A DNA stretch of 63,978 bases, counting the filler, from Dimargaris cristalligena (Eukaryota), in NCBI GenBank assembly GCA_003614675.1. It is 4 parts of 4 records of this genome, joined end to end, with 100 filler letters (N's around TTAATTAATTAA, not from the genome) between each part and the next. Parts side by side here need not be neighbours in the genome. Positions count along the whole stretch, not along the records: positions 32,309 to 48,290 come from ML002863.1; 3 more parts are not named here. One strand, 5' to 3'. The notes below the pieces were generated by a model. The model was not told the origin of the DNA, did no database searches, and saw only the letters and a program-made list of their open reading frames with translations. Shown piece after piece: positions 34,802 to 48,390 of this stretch. The position numbers were made by a program, and so were the translations under genes. Numbering within the stretch: position 1 is the first letter of the stretch; the number at the start of each line of letters is the position of its first letter.

Positions 34802-36150
34802 ATGGATGACACTATGCCTTCTCCCGCCTATGCCCTCATTACTGGTGCCAACAGTGGCATCGGCTTTCACATTGCCCAACGCCTCCTGGAGTGCCCAACC
34901 ATGACCCATGTCACGGTGGTCCTGGGCTGTCGGAACCTTCAAAGGGCCCACGACGCACGCACCCAACTTCTAGCACACGGCCAACACTCACCGGACCGGG
35001 TCGAAGTCCTCCAGATAGACACCAGTTCGACCAAGTCCGTGCTGGCGGCGGCCTACGAATGGACCCAGCGATTCGCCACCTTGGATTATTTATTCTGCAA
35101 CGCCGGGATCATGGCCCCCCAATCGCTCAATATTCCCCGGATCATCTATTACGGCCTAACTGACCCCCACTACTTTGTGACATCGTCGATCGCTGTGAAT
35201 CAAGGCCGCGGACTGATCACACCCGAAGGCCTGGGCCAAGTGTTTTGCACCAACTTTTTCGGGCATTACCTATTTATCCGGGCCATGGAATCCTATTGGC
35301 GGGCGTATTTGGACCCCACGATCCCTGAATCCCCGGAAGCGGAACCGAAAAATGTCCGGATCATTTGGACCGGCTCAAATGTCGGTAGCCATGAGTTGGA
35401 GAAACAGGCCTTCAAGGTGGAAGACATTCAACATATTAAGGGGCAATTCCCTTACGAATCGTCCAAGATCGTGCTGGATATCATGAGTCTGGACTTGAAT
35501 CGGCGGTTTGCCGATACACGAATCCGCTCGTTTGCTACAGAACCCGGGACCGCTATTAGCAACATCCACGCCGAAATCGGTAACCTTTTTATCTCCGTCT
35601 GCTTTTTCATCATGGCCTATGTAGTAAGTTATACAATTGACCTTGGGCTGGGCTGGGCTCCGGTCAAAGTAGGCTTAAATGAGTTTTCAACGGGATGGGA
35701 TCCTGTATGTAAACCCAACCATTATAACTCTGTGACTGTATGCCCCTCTTTATCCTCTGACCGGGGGCAACTAAAGATAGGTGTTTGACAATTTCCCTTG
35801 AAATCTAACGGATTCACATGTTGGGTTTTCTATATAATCTATATATATATTTATATATATAACGTGTTTACATTGTCCAGGCACGTCTCGTGGGCGTTTC
35901 GGCAATTACTGTAAATACTTATAACGGATCGTTATCACAAGCCTACGTTGCCACAGAGAAACTTGATCGCCTGAACCCTAAGCTCAAGTACACAAGCAAC
36001 TGCACCTCATTGGGTTACACTTACGTAGATACCAAGTTGATCCAAGCGGACCTTGCTTTAAAGACTGGGGTCATCTACGAAGTCGAGCGGCTACTGAATC
36101 AATATTTGCCTTCCGACCCCACCTTCAAGCTAAACGATGTCAACAAATAG
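34802..36150 (+). CDS. ERG27: 3-keto-steroid reductase, SDR family (exons 34802-35623, 35881-36150; alternative start 34814)
   Basis: ALITGANSGIG, LGCRN, LDYLFCNAGIM, GLGQVFCTNFFGHY, IIWTGS, DIQH..PYESSK motifs of Erg27/HSD17B7. Confidence 0.9.
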
Positions 36151-39100
36151 CCGTTATGAGCGTATTGAATGGATACGCCCCACCATGTAGTAGCAAATGC
36201 GATGCGAAAGCAGGTTTGACCAGGAAGTATGCATCGTGGTATTTAGGGTCTCAGGGTTAAAAATGGTAATGCGTAGGCCCATGGTGGTGGCCATTTGGCT
36301 GCAAATTTTCCGAATTAAAGCAGAGAAATGTCTATTACGAGTCGAGTCATTTGCACAAGACTAGAGTGCTGGAAACTGGAATAAACAGCGAGAGGTCTAA
36401 CTACACCGATCGAGATATAAATCTATTGCGTATACCAAGTCTATAGGCTACTAAACTAAGTAGGCTAGCTTTGGCATATTTTTATTTGGGGAACTGGTAT
36501 TCTGGCCGGGTTCGATATTTTTGGAACTAACTTCAAGAGCCTCACATGCCCTTGTATGCCGATAGCTTGTAGCTTGGGGTCCGAACACTATTTATCAAAC
36601 CGGGACGTTTGGGACTTCATTTGCAGGAGGTACCCGGCGCAACTGTAGTAGCAGTGGACAGGAAAGCAGCTCCGTTAAACAAAGTAGCGCAAATGGGAAA
36701 AGTCGGGGTCGCGTACGTAAAATAACTAACACTGCGAGTTGAATAGAAATAGAAGTTATGAATAAAAAGTTACCTTGGGTAGGGTAATAGAAGAGAGAGT
36801 GTCTGTCTCCAGAACTTAAAGAGGTCGGGGCCTTTGTCTGTTATTATAGGACGCTAAAATCGATGTAGATTTAAGCACCTCGGTCTCATAAAAACCATTA
36901 CGCTATATACAATTGAATTAGATTAATGATAGCGTCAATATAAATAAATACAATGACATAATCAGAGTGATAATAGTGTTGGTGTACTCCTAAGGTATAA
37001 CTAGTGCTGTGAGAACAGCGCCAGTACTATGGATATGTTTCTCAAGAGATGACTGTACTAGCCAACATGCCGAATTGGCCTAAGTTTCAGGTTTCTCAAT
37101 AATACCAGCAATGGGTTTGGCAAACGAGCTGCAGTAATGGTGTTGCTGATATCCAGCCCATCAGCGTGGATTCAGCCATTGGTATTATTAACGAAGCATC
37201 CCTCCGTGGAAGCCTGGGTTAAGGCAAGAGCAATGATTTAAACAGGGCCGAGTAAGACATGGGAAAAGATAGAAGGATAGCCAAAGTAAAAAATATGACC
37301 TCATTCAACAATAAAACAGGGAAAACTCGCCCTAGTAAGGCTGCTGTCAAAATTGAAGGAACGCGAATTAGAATGGAAATAATTGCAAGGTTGACAATAC
37401 ATTAATAGTAACTTATTTGCCCCCATATGATTCCCGTAATGGTTTTAGCGTATTCTTACTTATTAATACCAGTTAGGGCTATTCTACAAACTATTGGATC
37501 TGTATCGATGAATCATTGCTAGATTAGTAACCTGTCTACATTGGAACTGTAGTGAGATCTATTAATATACAATGGTCCCTTATCCCACCACTCTTTAATG
37601 GACACTTTTGTCAAAATTTCCAGTTCAGCAACTCCTAAGATTCGTACGCCTAGAAGAAATATGCCTGGTAGATGCTCAAATCAAGGTTGCGAATGAGTAC
37701 GTAGAAATCAATAGTGCAATTCTTAGTATATATAGGGGAGCTAACTAGTAATGAGGGGTATTGAGATATGGCCAATTGACTGGGGGATAGCTATAGGAAT
37801 TGGCTTAGCTTTATATAATCGAATATACGAAAGATATAGGCGTGGGACCAACTAAGAGAATGTTAGAAGACACCAGTATAATGAAATAGACCTGAAAGCG
37901 AGTGACTAATGACGGCGGAATGTCGATTGGGATTATTGAATAGAAGAATAAGGGTGGCGGAAATGATCGAAGGGGATAACACACCATTGGTGATTGAAGT
38001 CCCGCGGCTCCGGGATGAAACACGGTCATGGTTACAACTAGAGTCCAAAACTGGACCGTCTTTTTCCATATCCATTTGTTAATACGGGACGGGGTCAAAG
38101 TAGGTCGGATATTTGGTCGACTCTCCGTCCATCCCCTATAGTTCGACGTGATAAAAAATGAATTGTCCCGTGTCGTCAGACTGTCGAAAAATACGCAGTT
38201 TTTGTCCAGAGCCTTACTTTCCGAAGATGGAGCGTCGTGTCTGCGAACGGTTAAAATAACCGGTTTACGTTAGCTTCCCGCCGCCCTTCCGTATTTTGTA
38301 CGCCTACCTTGTCGTTTTGGCCTTAGGAACAGTCGGCACCAAATATCTGATAATGCACTGCTAAGCCTAACTCTCTCAAACACTTCAGTAGTCAGCGTAT
38401 ATATTTACTAACATAGTTTATCCACCCCCCCCCCCTTTGACTTATTTTCGGCCGCATTCCATAATGAAACCAATTCTCAATGTTATTGTAATATTGCACT
38501 GCATTTCTACATTAAAACCCATGCCCGGCATTACGACCACTTCACCCTAAACGGATATTCGTTCACGTAAAGTAAAGAAATGTGCATCTGTTTGGCTGGA
38601 AAAATTCAAGGAAGGATATAAACCTCAAGGTTATCCATTATTGTTGTTGGGGCTAGGTGATTTTAAAATTTCTTGTAGCGTTAGGTCTAGGTCGAGGGAG
38701 CCGAAATTACTGCTAGTATACCCAGCAAGATCTGTACAAAATATATAATGATTCAATCAGCATTTTATTAAGACGGAGAATCTGGGATGGCTGGTGCTAT
38801 ATTTTATTATATATCCTGGCCTCGTCTGGGCGGCCAATTCCACTAACAGCCAGTTGCCCCCTGCTTAACAATCCATCTTCTCTGGGAGGACCAAGCAACC
38901 ACCCAGTCTCTGAGCAATTGGCCTCCTCCGGCGGTTATAGTACTACTCAGGAGGTCCAAGTATGATCAATGAAAAATGGGTAGTTGGGTGACTGGGGCAC
39001 CCAAAGGGGCTAGGCTGCTATTGTTTATTTTTGTAATTAAATAAATAAATAAGACCAGGATTCCTTTCTCACACTTCTTCTTTGGGAGCCCTAAAACTGG

Positions 39101-42100
39101 ACCAGCCTTAACATGAAAGCGACATTGGAGACCACTTGGACTAATTGTGCCGATATTGCTGATGTAAGTTGCTTTCATTTGGAAAAACCCCATTGAATGG
39201 TCTGTATATTAGTATAGATATTTTTTATTGTGAAGTAGGCTAATTCGAGTGGGACATAATTGGAAGAGCTACTCGGCTTCTATTTGGCTTGAACAAAGGC
39301 ATGCGCGCTGTGGAATATTGCGAAACGGATCAACTGCCGGGCTAATCCAGCCCAGTCCAACACAACGATGACTACCCTGGTCTCTATGCCCAATTTAAAT
39401 ACAGATTGATTGTCATGTCCTTATAAATATAAATACTATGTAATGCATTTTTTTCCCACAGGTATAACGCTCTCTATGGTCGCTAAGTTTTTCCGCTTTA
39501 TCAAGTGGATATACCAAATATGAAACGAATTTGCCAGTGATATGAATGTGATGTGGATAGACTGGGCAAATAAGTCCACTTCTTTATAAGCATTCCTCGT
39601 CTGTATTGTACCAGGGTGGGGTGTGCGTATCCAATAGACATTGAAGGTTTATTAAGACAGGTTTGGTGGAGCGAGTGTTACGTATTCCAAGCCCCTACTG
39701 TACCGAGGAAGGGATATCCAATCATTGTAATGGCCATAATTAAATCCCAAATAAGCCCTGGCCTCGGACAAATGAACCCCCCGCGGCTCCCTTTATGTTT
39801 GGCTCGTTCATTTGGATTGCTAAACATTGAGTGGCAGTAGTGTATCTGTTTAAGCAACGCAATTCAAACAAAAGGACATGACCCAAGTCAATAGGGCGAC
39901 TTTGGGAGGTATACAGAAACCCAGGCGCCATGCTATTGCCAGAGACATCTAATATCCATAACTACAGCAGCAATACCGAGCTATATGGCACCGACGATGC
40001 TGACCGTTCTTTTACTGTTGGAACTGGGGTCGGACAACCAGACGAATAGACGAGGTCGCCTTGGAAATAGGGGGTCGGTCGGGATGGGTCGGATGCACGT
40101 CGGCATAGACGATGTTGGAGAGGCCCCCAAACCCCATCAGTTATGTAAACCATCAAAGTATTTCTCATCAATACTACCATCGCACTTACGTGGATACGGT
40201 AGAACGCACAGCCTTTATTTAATCGCAAAATATAGTATAGCTATCTTATTTTAGATGATTGTCTTGCATTATCGGCTTGATATTGTCTTCAGCACTTGAA
40301 TTTACTATTTAATGGCGGAACTCTATGGGAGTACGCTGGTCCTACTTTTTCCAGCGTGGCAATTGCCGACTACCTGTCCTTTTTTTCCCTGGGGATACCC
40401 ACGGTACCAATTGTACATTTGAGTTAAGACTAGGCGGTCACCCCCTCTCCATTCACTTCATGTTCCCACTGTAAGTGAGGGAATTAGCTGTACATTGCAA
40501 TATGTGTGTTGGACTGAATCTGTGAAATCAATGACTAGACCAAACCACACATGTCAGTTTTTGGATAGCTATTGCTTACCTCACCCAGGACTGGCCTTTG
40601 GAGGAAAATATTACTACCCGTGGTCCGAAACCCGCAGGAGATGAATAGAGCAGAGATGAGAGTTGAGGGCGGCAACAGCTGATGCAAGGTAAATACAGAG
40701 TCACCGGAATGTTTGGGGAGACTATATTGATAGAAATAAGGAGGATGGAGGGCTTTCGGGGGCGGAGGTACTATCCGGTAGAAAGACAGAGTCGGTTCTG
40801 TGCGTGAGGTAGGATTAAGGCAGCGCGGATCGATGAACCGGCCTCCGGAAAGTGTATAACAGCAACAGTACACCAGAGTCAGGGGACTGTTCAACGCGGC
40901 AGTTTATCCAGTCACACTCTATGGGTATTGGCTCAGTTCGCGAAGATTGGCTTCCAAATGTGACTCAAAGCGGAAACTTTACCGAACTGTCCTGGGGGCA
41001 ATACATTAAAAGGCGCGAACTATCATAATAAGTGCTACGCAATTGATCCGGTGTTTCCAATGCCCATTGGTGTAATAAAAGGGGGTAATGGTCAATCATA
41101 ACTTTGATTTGACCACCATTTAAACTATTTTGGTCCGGCCAAGCGAGAGGGTCCTTAATGAACTTTAGGCCCATCGCGGGGTACAGGCAATCCTCTCGTT
41201 TCAATTTATTTGGCAAATGACAAAGGGCCGTACCCTTTGCCCTCGTCCTCAAAACAAAATGTACATCTAGGGCTATCGCCATCATCTGGTGTATCCGGCC
41301 ATGTCAATCCCCAGTCACCGACTGAATCTGAATAAAAATGGATGATGTTCTATAGTATATCCTATATCGCTGGGTTCGGAATTAGTCTCCGTCCCGCTGG
41401 TAGTGTCCAGTGCGCATCATGAACCTGAAACATTAGCGATTTGCGCCAGAGTAAGGATGAGTTAAAGATTGTCCTTTCTTTCCCTCTCCCTGCCCAATAC
41501 ACTCTACCTGACAATGTTTCTATGTAACGCTGTGAGTCTTCCCATACATGAAAAAATTATTATTATTAATGGAGGATGAATTATCACTTCCCCTCGCTGC
41601 CATAAAAATGGGGCCAACACTACCAGCCGTGGCGATTGAAACCTTATCCACATCCTTGAGCCTATAGCCGGTTATTGGTGGAAATGTAAATTTGCATGGT
41701 GATGAAATTCGTCATCTTTAAGGGTGTGATTCCATTTTGTTGAGTATACCAGGTCTTCAGTATATTGCCTCGAATTACCGCGATAGTTTAATACCATGCC
41801 TATCAGGCTGGTCCAACTCAAAGGCCTCTAGTGAATTCAGTGCCAATCTGACTATCGGCACTCTGTAAAGCAGTTCAGTTTAGCCGATTTTGCTGTCGCC
41901 ATGGATTCAAAACTCGTTAAGTATACAGTAGGCACAATTCGCTTTATTCCGACGAATTCTCCTCAAAGTGAACAAGGGAATCTTGAGTCCGGATATATCC
42001 GCTCCGCCCCTCGTAATAACCCCACAGACGCGTTTTGCCAGGGCTACCTAGCTAATTTATCAGATCAGATGAGCCGATGGGTCGGGAAATGACTAGCTGT

Positions 42101-44891
42101 TATGTTTAATATGGGTCAAGGATGCCGGTTTGACAGCCGCCCACCCCATTTGCAAAGGCCATAAAGCGAGGGTGACGACGCCATTATTTTATCCGCCCTG
42201 GTCACATTTAATTAAGCGGCTGATTAAAACGGTATAATTAATGGGCGACCAGGGTGTTGGCAACCCGCAGGCCATCGGCAAACCCTCATGGAACCATGGA
42301 ACTTGGTGGCGCGGCTTCCCACTAATTTGCCGGCGGCCTTGCCTAGTAGCGGGTCATGGGGGATTGCAGTTGGTGCGGAGTCGAGCACCCCTGATGGGAT
42401 TATTATGGAAGTGGACAGGCCATGAAATACGGCTCTGGAATCGAGGCCATATAGTGGCCATACAGTCGGATAGACTGCTCTTGCCAAACATTTTTTTCGA
42501 ACTCTTCCCTTCCCCATTTCTTGATCCCGACTCGGGTGGGCTATTGCAGCACCTAGATCGTCGAAGGTGCCAGATGATTTTTTTTAATAGCGATCGCTCC
42601 CGACTCAATCAGTAGGGTCAACCCACTTGAAACATTTATATTGGGACACAGACTTCCTTACCAAGGATGTGTACATGATACATGATGGGCATTCCAGACT
42701 GCTCATAAAGAGGACCGACATCCTTTCTGACCGGTAGTTGATGCGAGCGCCACATTACCGATTTAGCCGGACCCTCTTTTTGCCCCACCACCATACCTGA
42801 TTATTCCGTATACCCCTGAGCCATGTGCAGTGGTCGATTCTGCGGCGGCTCTGATCCAGTTGACTAAATAGCCTAGCATAGAACAGGGGTGGAGGAACAA
42901 GTAGTTGTGACTCAGATACCAGAACACTCATTACTTTGGCGAAGTTGCTGAATCCCTTTCGAACGAGTCCAAGCAAGTTGTGAAGGGTCCTCTTTAAAGT
43001 TGCCTGGCGGTGATAGACATTGGATCGGAGGCAGAAGGAACCGTGGGGAGTGGTTGGTGAGCCACGTAGCGAGAAGCCCAACCCTGAAACAACCGACTAT
43101 TGGTCTGGGGGTAAATCTAGCGGGATTTGTACCACATCCACCATTCGGTCAAGGAACCGTGGATAAGCCCAACGGAAACAAGCCACGGATTGAGAAACGC
43201 CCTTTATTTTCCTCCTTGACCACGTCACTTTGGCTAGTAGTCATTGTTCCTCCTCTCTTTCTTTGGCTTTATACATGGATTTTGGTGACTTTATTTAACC
43301 CTCCCCCCTTCTCTCTTGTATACGGCTTCCCTTGCAAGGCTTTTATTATCTCTTAACACCGGTTTAGGCGTGAATCATACACAATCGACTGCCCTTTTTA
43401 GACTCGTTTTTTTTGGAGACAGTACTCTTGTTGCACTGTAGAAGCAAACTGCCGCACTTGGTGTCCCTCTACCACTGCAAGCCCGCTGAAACGTCCCCGT
43501 GGGTCGCGAACATTATTACACTTGGCGCAGCTATCTTTTGCTCCTATTGGACCCAATTCTGATACTCCCTCGGCCGCACCGCTTTTCTCAATCATTTTTT
43601 CCCGTTGTGATCGACAATTTGCTGTTACCCACCCCCCCTCCTCCCCTTCACTTTCCCCTGAACCACCGTCTAAATCCGTTGGATCCCCAAGCCCAGTGGA
43701 GTGGGTCCTATAGCTTGCTATTTACTCAGCTTACAACACAGTATCGATACCTTCCGAGTCAGATAAGCCCTATCCGGTCTAGTCGATCCTAAGATCCAGA
43801 CCGGATTATCTTGGGCACCCGAAGGAGATAAACGCTTAGAAAAGAAGTGACATTGCTTGGCTTGTCCCGAGCGGCATTGGTCCTAGCGTTATTTACTACC
43901 AAGCCCACTCGCCCCGGTGGTGAGTTACTTTACCAGACGGCCCCGGTTAAGCGCCCCGCCTCCCTGTGCCCGCATACACTCGATTGTGTTCCCGCACCCT
44001 CCTCCCGGACCATCGTCGGCCATTGTTGCCCGCTGTTTCCATTTGGCTATATTGAATAACCCTTCTAGGATATGCCAAAGGGGCTTCTAGCCGGGCCATA
44101 CCCTCTTGCAAAGACCTACAGTGGTGAGACGCATATAGCATTCATTTACCCTATTTTCTTCTAGCGACTCCGCATACATTCACCCTTGTCCAATCCATTG
44201 GCCATTGGTCATCCCTCTACGCGCTTATCATCTATAAATAGGCCTACTACGCCCGCCTCTCCCTCCTTACCCTTTATCTCCCATCCACTTTCCACGGTGG
44301 CCTTTTAGCCCTTCTTTTACTGACTTCCCTCTTCTCCCCTCTAGTCTCACAGCGCCGCGCCGTTAAAAATCATTTACCAATCTTCCTTACCGGCCTTTAC
44401 GTTTATGTAGCTGTATACCAATCAGCACCCATTACCGCCTCTCGTTATTCCCTCTGGCATTGTTGTTTTTCATTATCCCTGAATTTCTGACGTGGGCCCT
44501 ACTCCCCAAATCTTCGTTGTATCTCTAGTTCCATACTAGGCCCATCGCCATCGCCTTTTGGCACCTACTTCCCGCCTATTTGTTCCTTCACTTCCGCATC
44601 GGTACAGCGCAGTGCAGGTGGCCTCTCCTGCCGAGCCGTCCCCGTGTCCACCTATCCACACAACCCCGCCTCTGTTGTGCCCTCCCTAGTCACTAGGTCG
44701 CCTCCCTCTTCCCCTTTTCCTAACCTAGGTCCCATTCTTATATATACATATATTTCCACCAGTAACCACTGGGATACTTTGCGCCTGTGCATACATCATC
44801 CTCGCCCTCTTATTTTCCCTCTCCACACCCCCCTTTGGGCTGTTCCTATTCCCCAGATTCAGCGTGCTGCATATACTCCCCTCCCTCCCCA

Positions 44892-47620
44892 ATGCGTATC
44901 GCAATTCTTAACACGCGGGTCCGGATCCTGAGTATCCCGAAGGTGTACTTGCCCCTATGGACACACGACCTTATACGACTTATGTACTCCCCCAACAGGT
45001 AAGTAAGCTCACTGTACATGATTGCGGCCAAGTGGAAAGGGTGCGAATCCACTCAATATTCCCAAAATCATACCAATTGTACCAAGTTTAGTGCCCTTCC
45101 CCAAATCACATTTTTCTCTTTCGAGTCCCCGCATTGTGCAGGACCGTGGTGGGAGAGAATGGTAATTGGCTGAGCCACCGGCTTGGTCCACACTGACTTG
45201 ACTGTATTGAGGGGGTTCCTATTTGGCTTAATGTGGTTGCTTCCCCTCGGCTATTATCCTTACTAGCCTCTTCGTTTATTCTTCTCGATTTTTCTTCGCA
45301 GCCAGTGTTTTTTTATCACCTAGTTATTTATGATGCGGACGGGTGTTTTAAGATCATTGCACATGGTGACCAGCCCTTATCCCATACGGTGGTTGGGGTT
45401 GGGCAGTCATAACATTATCTAAAGATGGCAGCATTTAAAAATATGTCACTAGAACTGACTAGGCAAAGCAACCGGCTGATTTACATTTTGTGAATGAGAG
45501 CCGCTGAGCCTGGCATCATCCCCCTGCCAATTATCTATACTTATCCTAAAAGATATTGGATTTGGGTATAGGTCTGCGATATTATATCCCCTGGCTGGCA
45601 AATAGCATGTTGGCCATGACGCAAAATATCACAGTCCTTTTTTTGAATTAGGCACTGCCCTGTTCCTTCTTTCCCATTAACTGGCCCGCCACCCTTGAAC
45701 TTTTCTCCGTGAACAATGGATATTTGCTTTCCAATTGTAACTACTTTCCACGAGGCCACTCCTTAAACCCAATTAGACCCCCTGAGCAGCTGGGTCAAAC
45801 CGGAAGTTAATGTATAAAGATTGCCATACCGTGGGTATTTTCAAGTAGTATGAATTCGACCCGACTTTTTTGCTCTTACCATCGCCACTGGGAGTTGGTT
45901 AACCTTGGTCAATTCACCACTCCCCAGACGTCCCCTAATAATATGCCAAAACCCTCCTATAATTAAATCATTGAAATCTTTGCCCATTTTCTAGGACAAC
46001 GCTAGTCCCATCAGAACCATTTTTTTACCTTACCGAAAACTCGGTCGAGTGGTGTGTAGTAGCTTCGATTGAGGCCTTCGAAACGGGATTCACTATAACA
46101 CGCCAGGCCCGCCTCCAAAACATACCCGGGAAAACCCACTCTTTAACTCGAGATGTATACTACGTGGTCCAAGTCGAAAATGATGACGAAAACAGTAAGT
46201 ATACCTCCCCCTCCTTCATGCCCTATTTTAGATAGCCGTGACGATGTATGTGATGGCCACCATCATGTGATTCTAAGTGGTTTAGTGTATACGCGATGAA
46301 TCCGGATAAAGTGGGCGCGGTGGGTTGCCTGAACGTAGCACACTGGTAAATTCTATGCCCGTTTGTCGGCGACCCGTGAGAATATTCTTATTTCTACGCT
46401 AAATCAACCCGATACACCATTTGGGCTATGGCGACCATCCTCTCTATAAAGTACTACGTGGGCCTTTGAATTTATGTTTCTTTTCAAAATAGTCTAAACG
46501 CGCCACTGACTGACATTAAATATTGTATTGTTTTTTTTTGCCACTCTATTTGCATTTAGCCGATAGCGGGCGCCCCATCCTCGAGATGACGGCCGCGTTC
46601 GCCGGAGCCAATATCACAATCATGTACATTTCAACCTACCAAACGGATTTTATGCTAGTAAGTTAGGCCTGGACCACTTTCCTACGTTATGACGAGTGAT
46701 TGGCCACACTACAGGTAGTACTGTGGTTGATAAACAGGGGCGAATGGATGGGATAATTTTAGTGAATGTTCTAATCCTGTACTTTTTATTAACCTCATTG
46801 TATATCAATATAAACGAATCATATTCGGGGTGGCTGACTCATATCTCGCTCGGGGAATATTTAGATTAAACAAACTGACTTCCAAAAAGCCCATGATATT
46901 TGGTTGGAAAGTGACTACGACATCGTCGGACTGAACGAATTAGCACCTTGGCTCCACGATTTACCCCCTCCCCGAATGCCGCGCACTACATCCATAAACC
47001 AAGATCTGCCGGTGGCCTCGGGCTTCGCCAACTTGGCTATTTCGGAGGTTGAAGGTGGACCCCGGGAAGGTCTTTCGACTGTGCCTTCTTTTGAACAGTC
47101 CCGGGCTGCCACGCCCCCGCAACCGGCAAGACTGGTAATGACAGACTTTCGTGTTCGCCAAATGGGCCTATCGTACAGTCGCCGTCGGGAATGGATTTAT
47201 AACCTCATCCATGCCCTCTTTTTACCGGAAACGATGGGACTTTCCTCGCGCGAATCCCGTTTTATTTCCTATGTAGTGGCCGATGAAGAGATTTCGTTGA
47301 TCGCACCCCCGCATATTATTAATTGCCTGGGTTCGGATCATATCCGCCACCACTCTCAAATAACTTACCATCGACTCTTCGAAATCTTTTACCGCAACAA
47401 CCTCAGTCGATCCGGCCTTGTGTACGATGTGTCCGAGCTCATGAATGAGGCCGATATTGAGCTCATGTATATAACGACCTACCACACCGCCTGCATTGTA
47501 GTGCGGGAATCCGACTTTGCCGCTGCTCGCGTGATTCTAGACTCTCACGAGCATGTCCAGAATACCGATGATGGCGGAGATAGTAGCGACGAGTACGCTG
47601 ATGATAGCTTGGCAGCTTGA
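44892..47620 (+). CDS. CASTOR/GATS-like tandem ACT-domain protein (exons 44892-44998, 45995-46194, 46560-46657, 46865-47620)
   Basis: Spliced MRIAILNTRVRILSIPKVYLPLWTHDLIRLMY...FFYLTEN...ITIMYISTYQTDFML...FISY..EEISLI...SGLVYDVSE...YITTYHT parallels both halves of CASTOR1/2. All introns are GT-AG and in phase. Confidence 0.85.
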
Positions 47621-48051
47621 TTAAATGACTGCCAACACTCACTCTCCTCCATTACTACCTATCACTTTATATTTTATCTACATATCCTCTTCATTATACA
47701 TGCTCTATATATACAGCACCGTGTACTGGGTTTTCTTTATCTCGTCCCATTATTACCTAAAATATCGCATTTCTACTTCCACTGAATAAATCGTGCAAGT
47801 GAGCTTATCCCTTTCGAACGACGGTCCCCGCTTGCAACTGATGATCATGTGATTCATTAGCCTGGAGTTCTTGCTATAAACAAGAAATGTCCTATTTCCA
47901 GTAGACAGTTGGCCCACCTTATTCTCTGCAAAAAAATCCGACTAGTCTATGTTGCCTTCGTTCTCATCAAGAAAAACGAAAAGGGTTAAGCACTCAATTC
48001 CCTGGTATGTTTATAGACTAATATATTCTACTTACTGTATATGTATAATGT

Positions 48052-48170
48052 TATGGTAGGACCTGAGACCACTTAGTCACTTATAGTAAACCACAGTATT
48101 CCTTTATTACCATGTTCTATTTTTATATCATTTTATCAGGGAAGTTCCTATTAATTATTTTCTATCTGCA
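48052..48170 (+). repeat. Copy of the LTR-like repeat at 15868
   Basis: TGGTAGGACCTGAGA...TAAACCACAGTATT...TTTTATCAG.GAAGT is shared with 15868-15975. Confidence 0.7.
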
Positions 48171-48180
48171 CTTTTTAGAT

Positions 48181-48290
48181 TGTCGCCCCTCCTAATCCGT
48201 CCTAATCCAACCGATATGACCGCCATCATATCAGGCCGTATAGCGCCATATTGTACCCCCCGGCCCTAACCAGGCCGAACATCATTGATA
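48181..48290 (+). mobile_element. LTR-like terminus abutting or nested in the 48052 repeat
   Basis: Begins TGTCGCCCCTCCTAATC. Inverted copy at 32320-32428. Confidence 0.7.
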
Positions 48291-48390
48291 NNNNNNNNNN
48301 NNNNNNNNNNNNNNNNNNNNNNNNNNNNNNNNNNTTAATTAATTAANNNNNNNNNNNNNNNNNNNNNNNNNNNNNNNNNNNNNNNNNNNN
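48291..48390. other. Artificial contig-joining spacer
   Basis: N44-TTAATTAATTAA-N44. Confidence 0.97.

Noticed and set aside
37188..37304. 38-codon minus-strand ORF with hydrophobic start and several Cys
   Set aside because: Too short, no paralog in the window and no other support.
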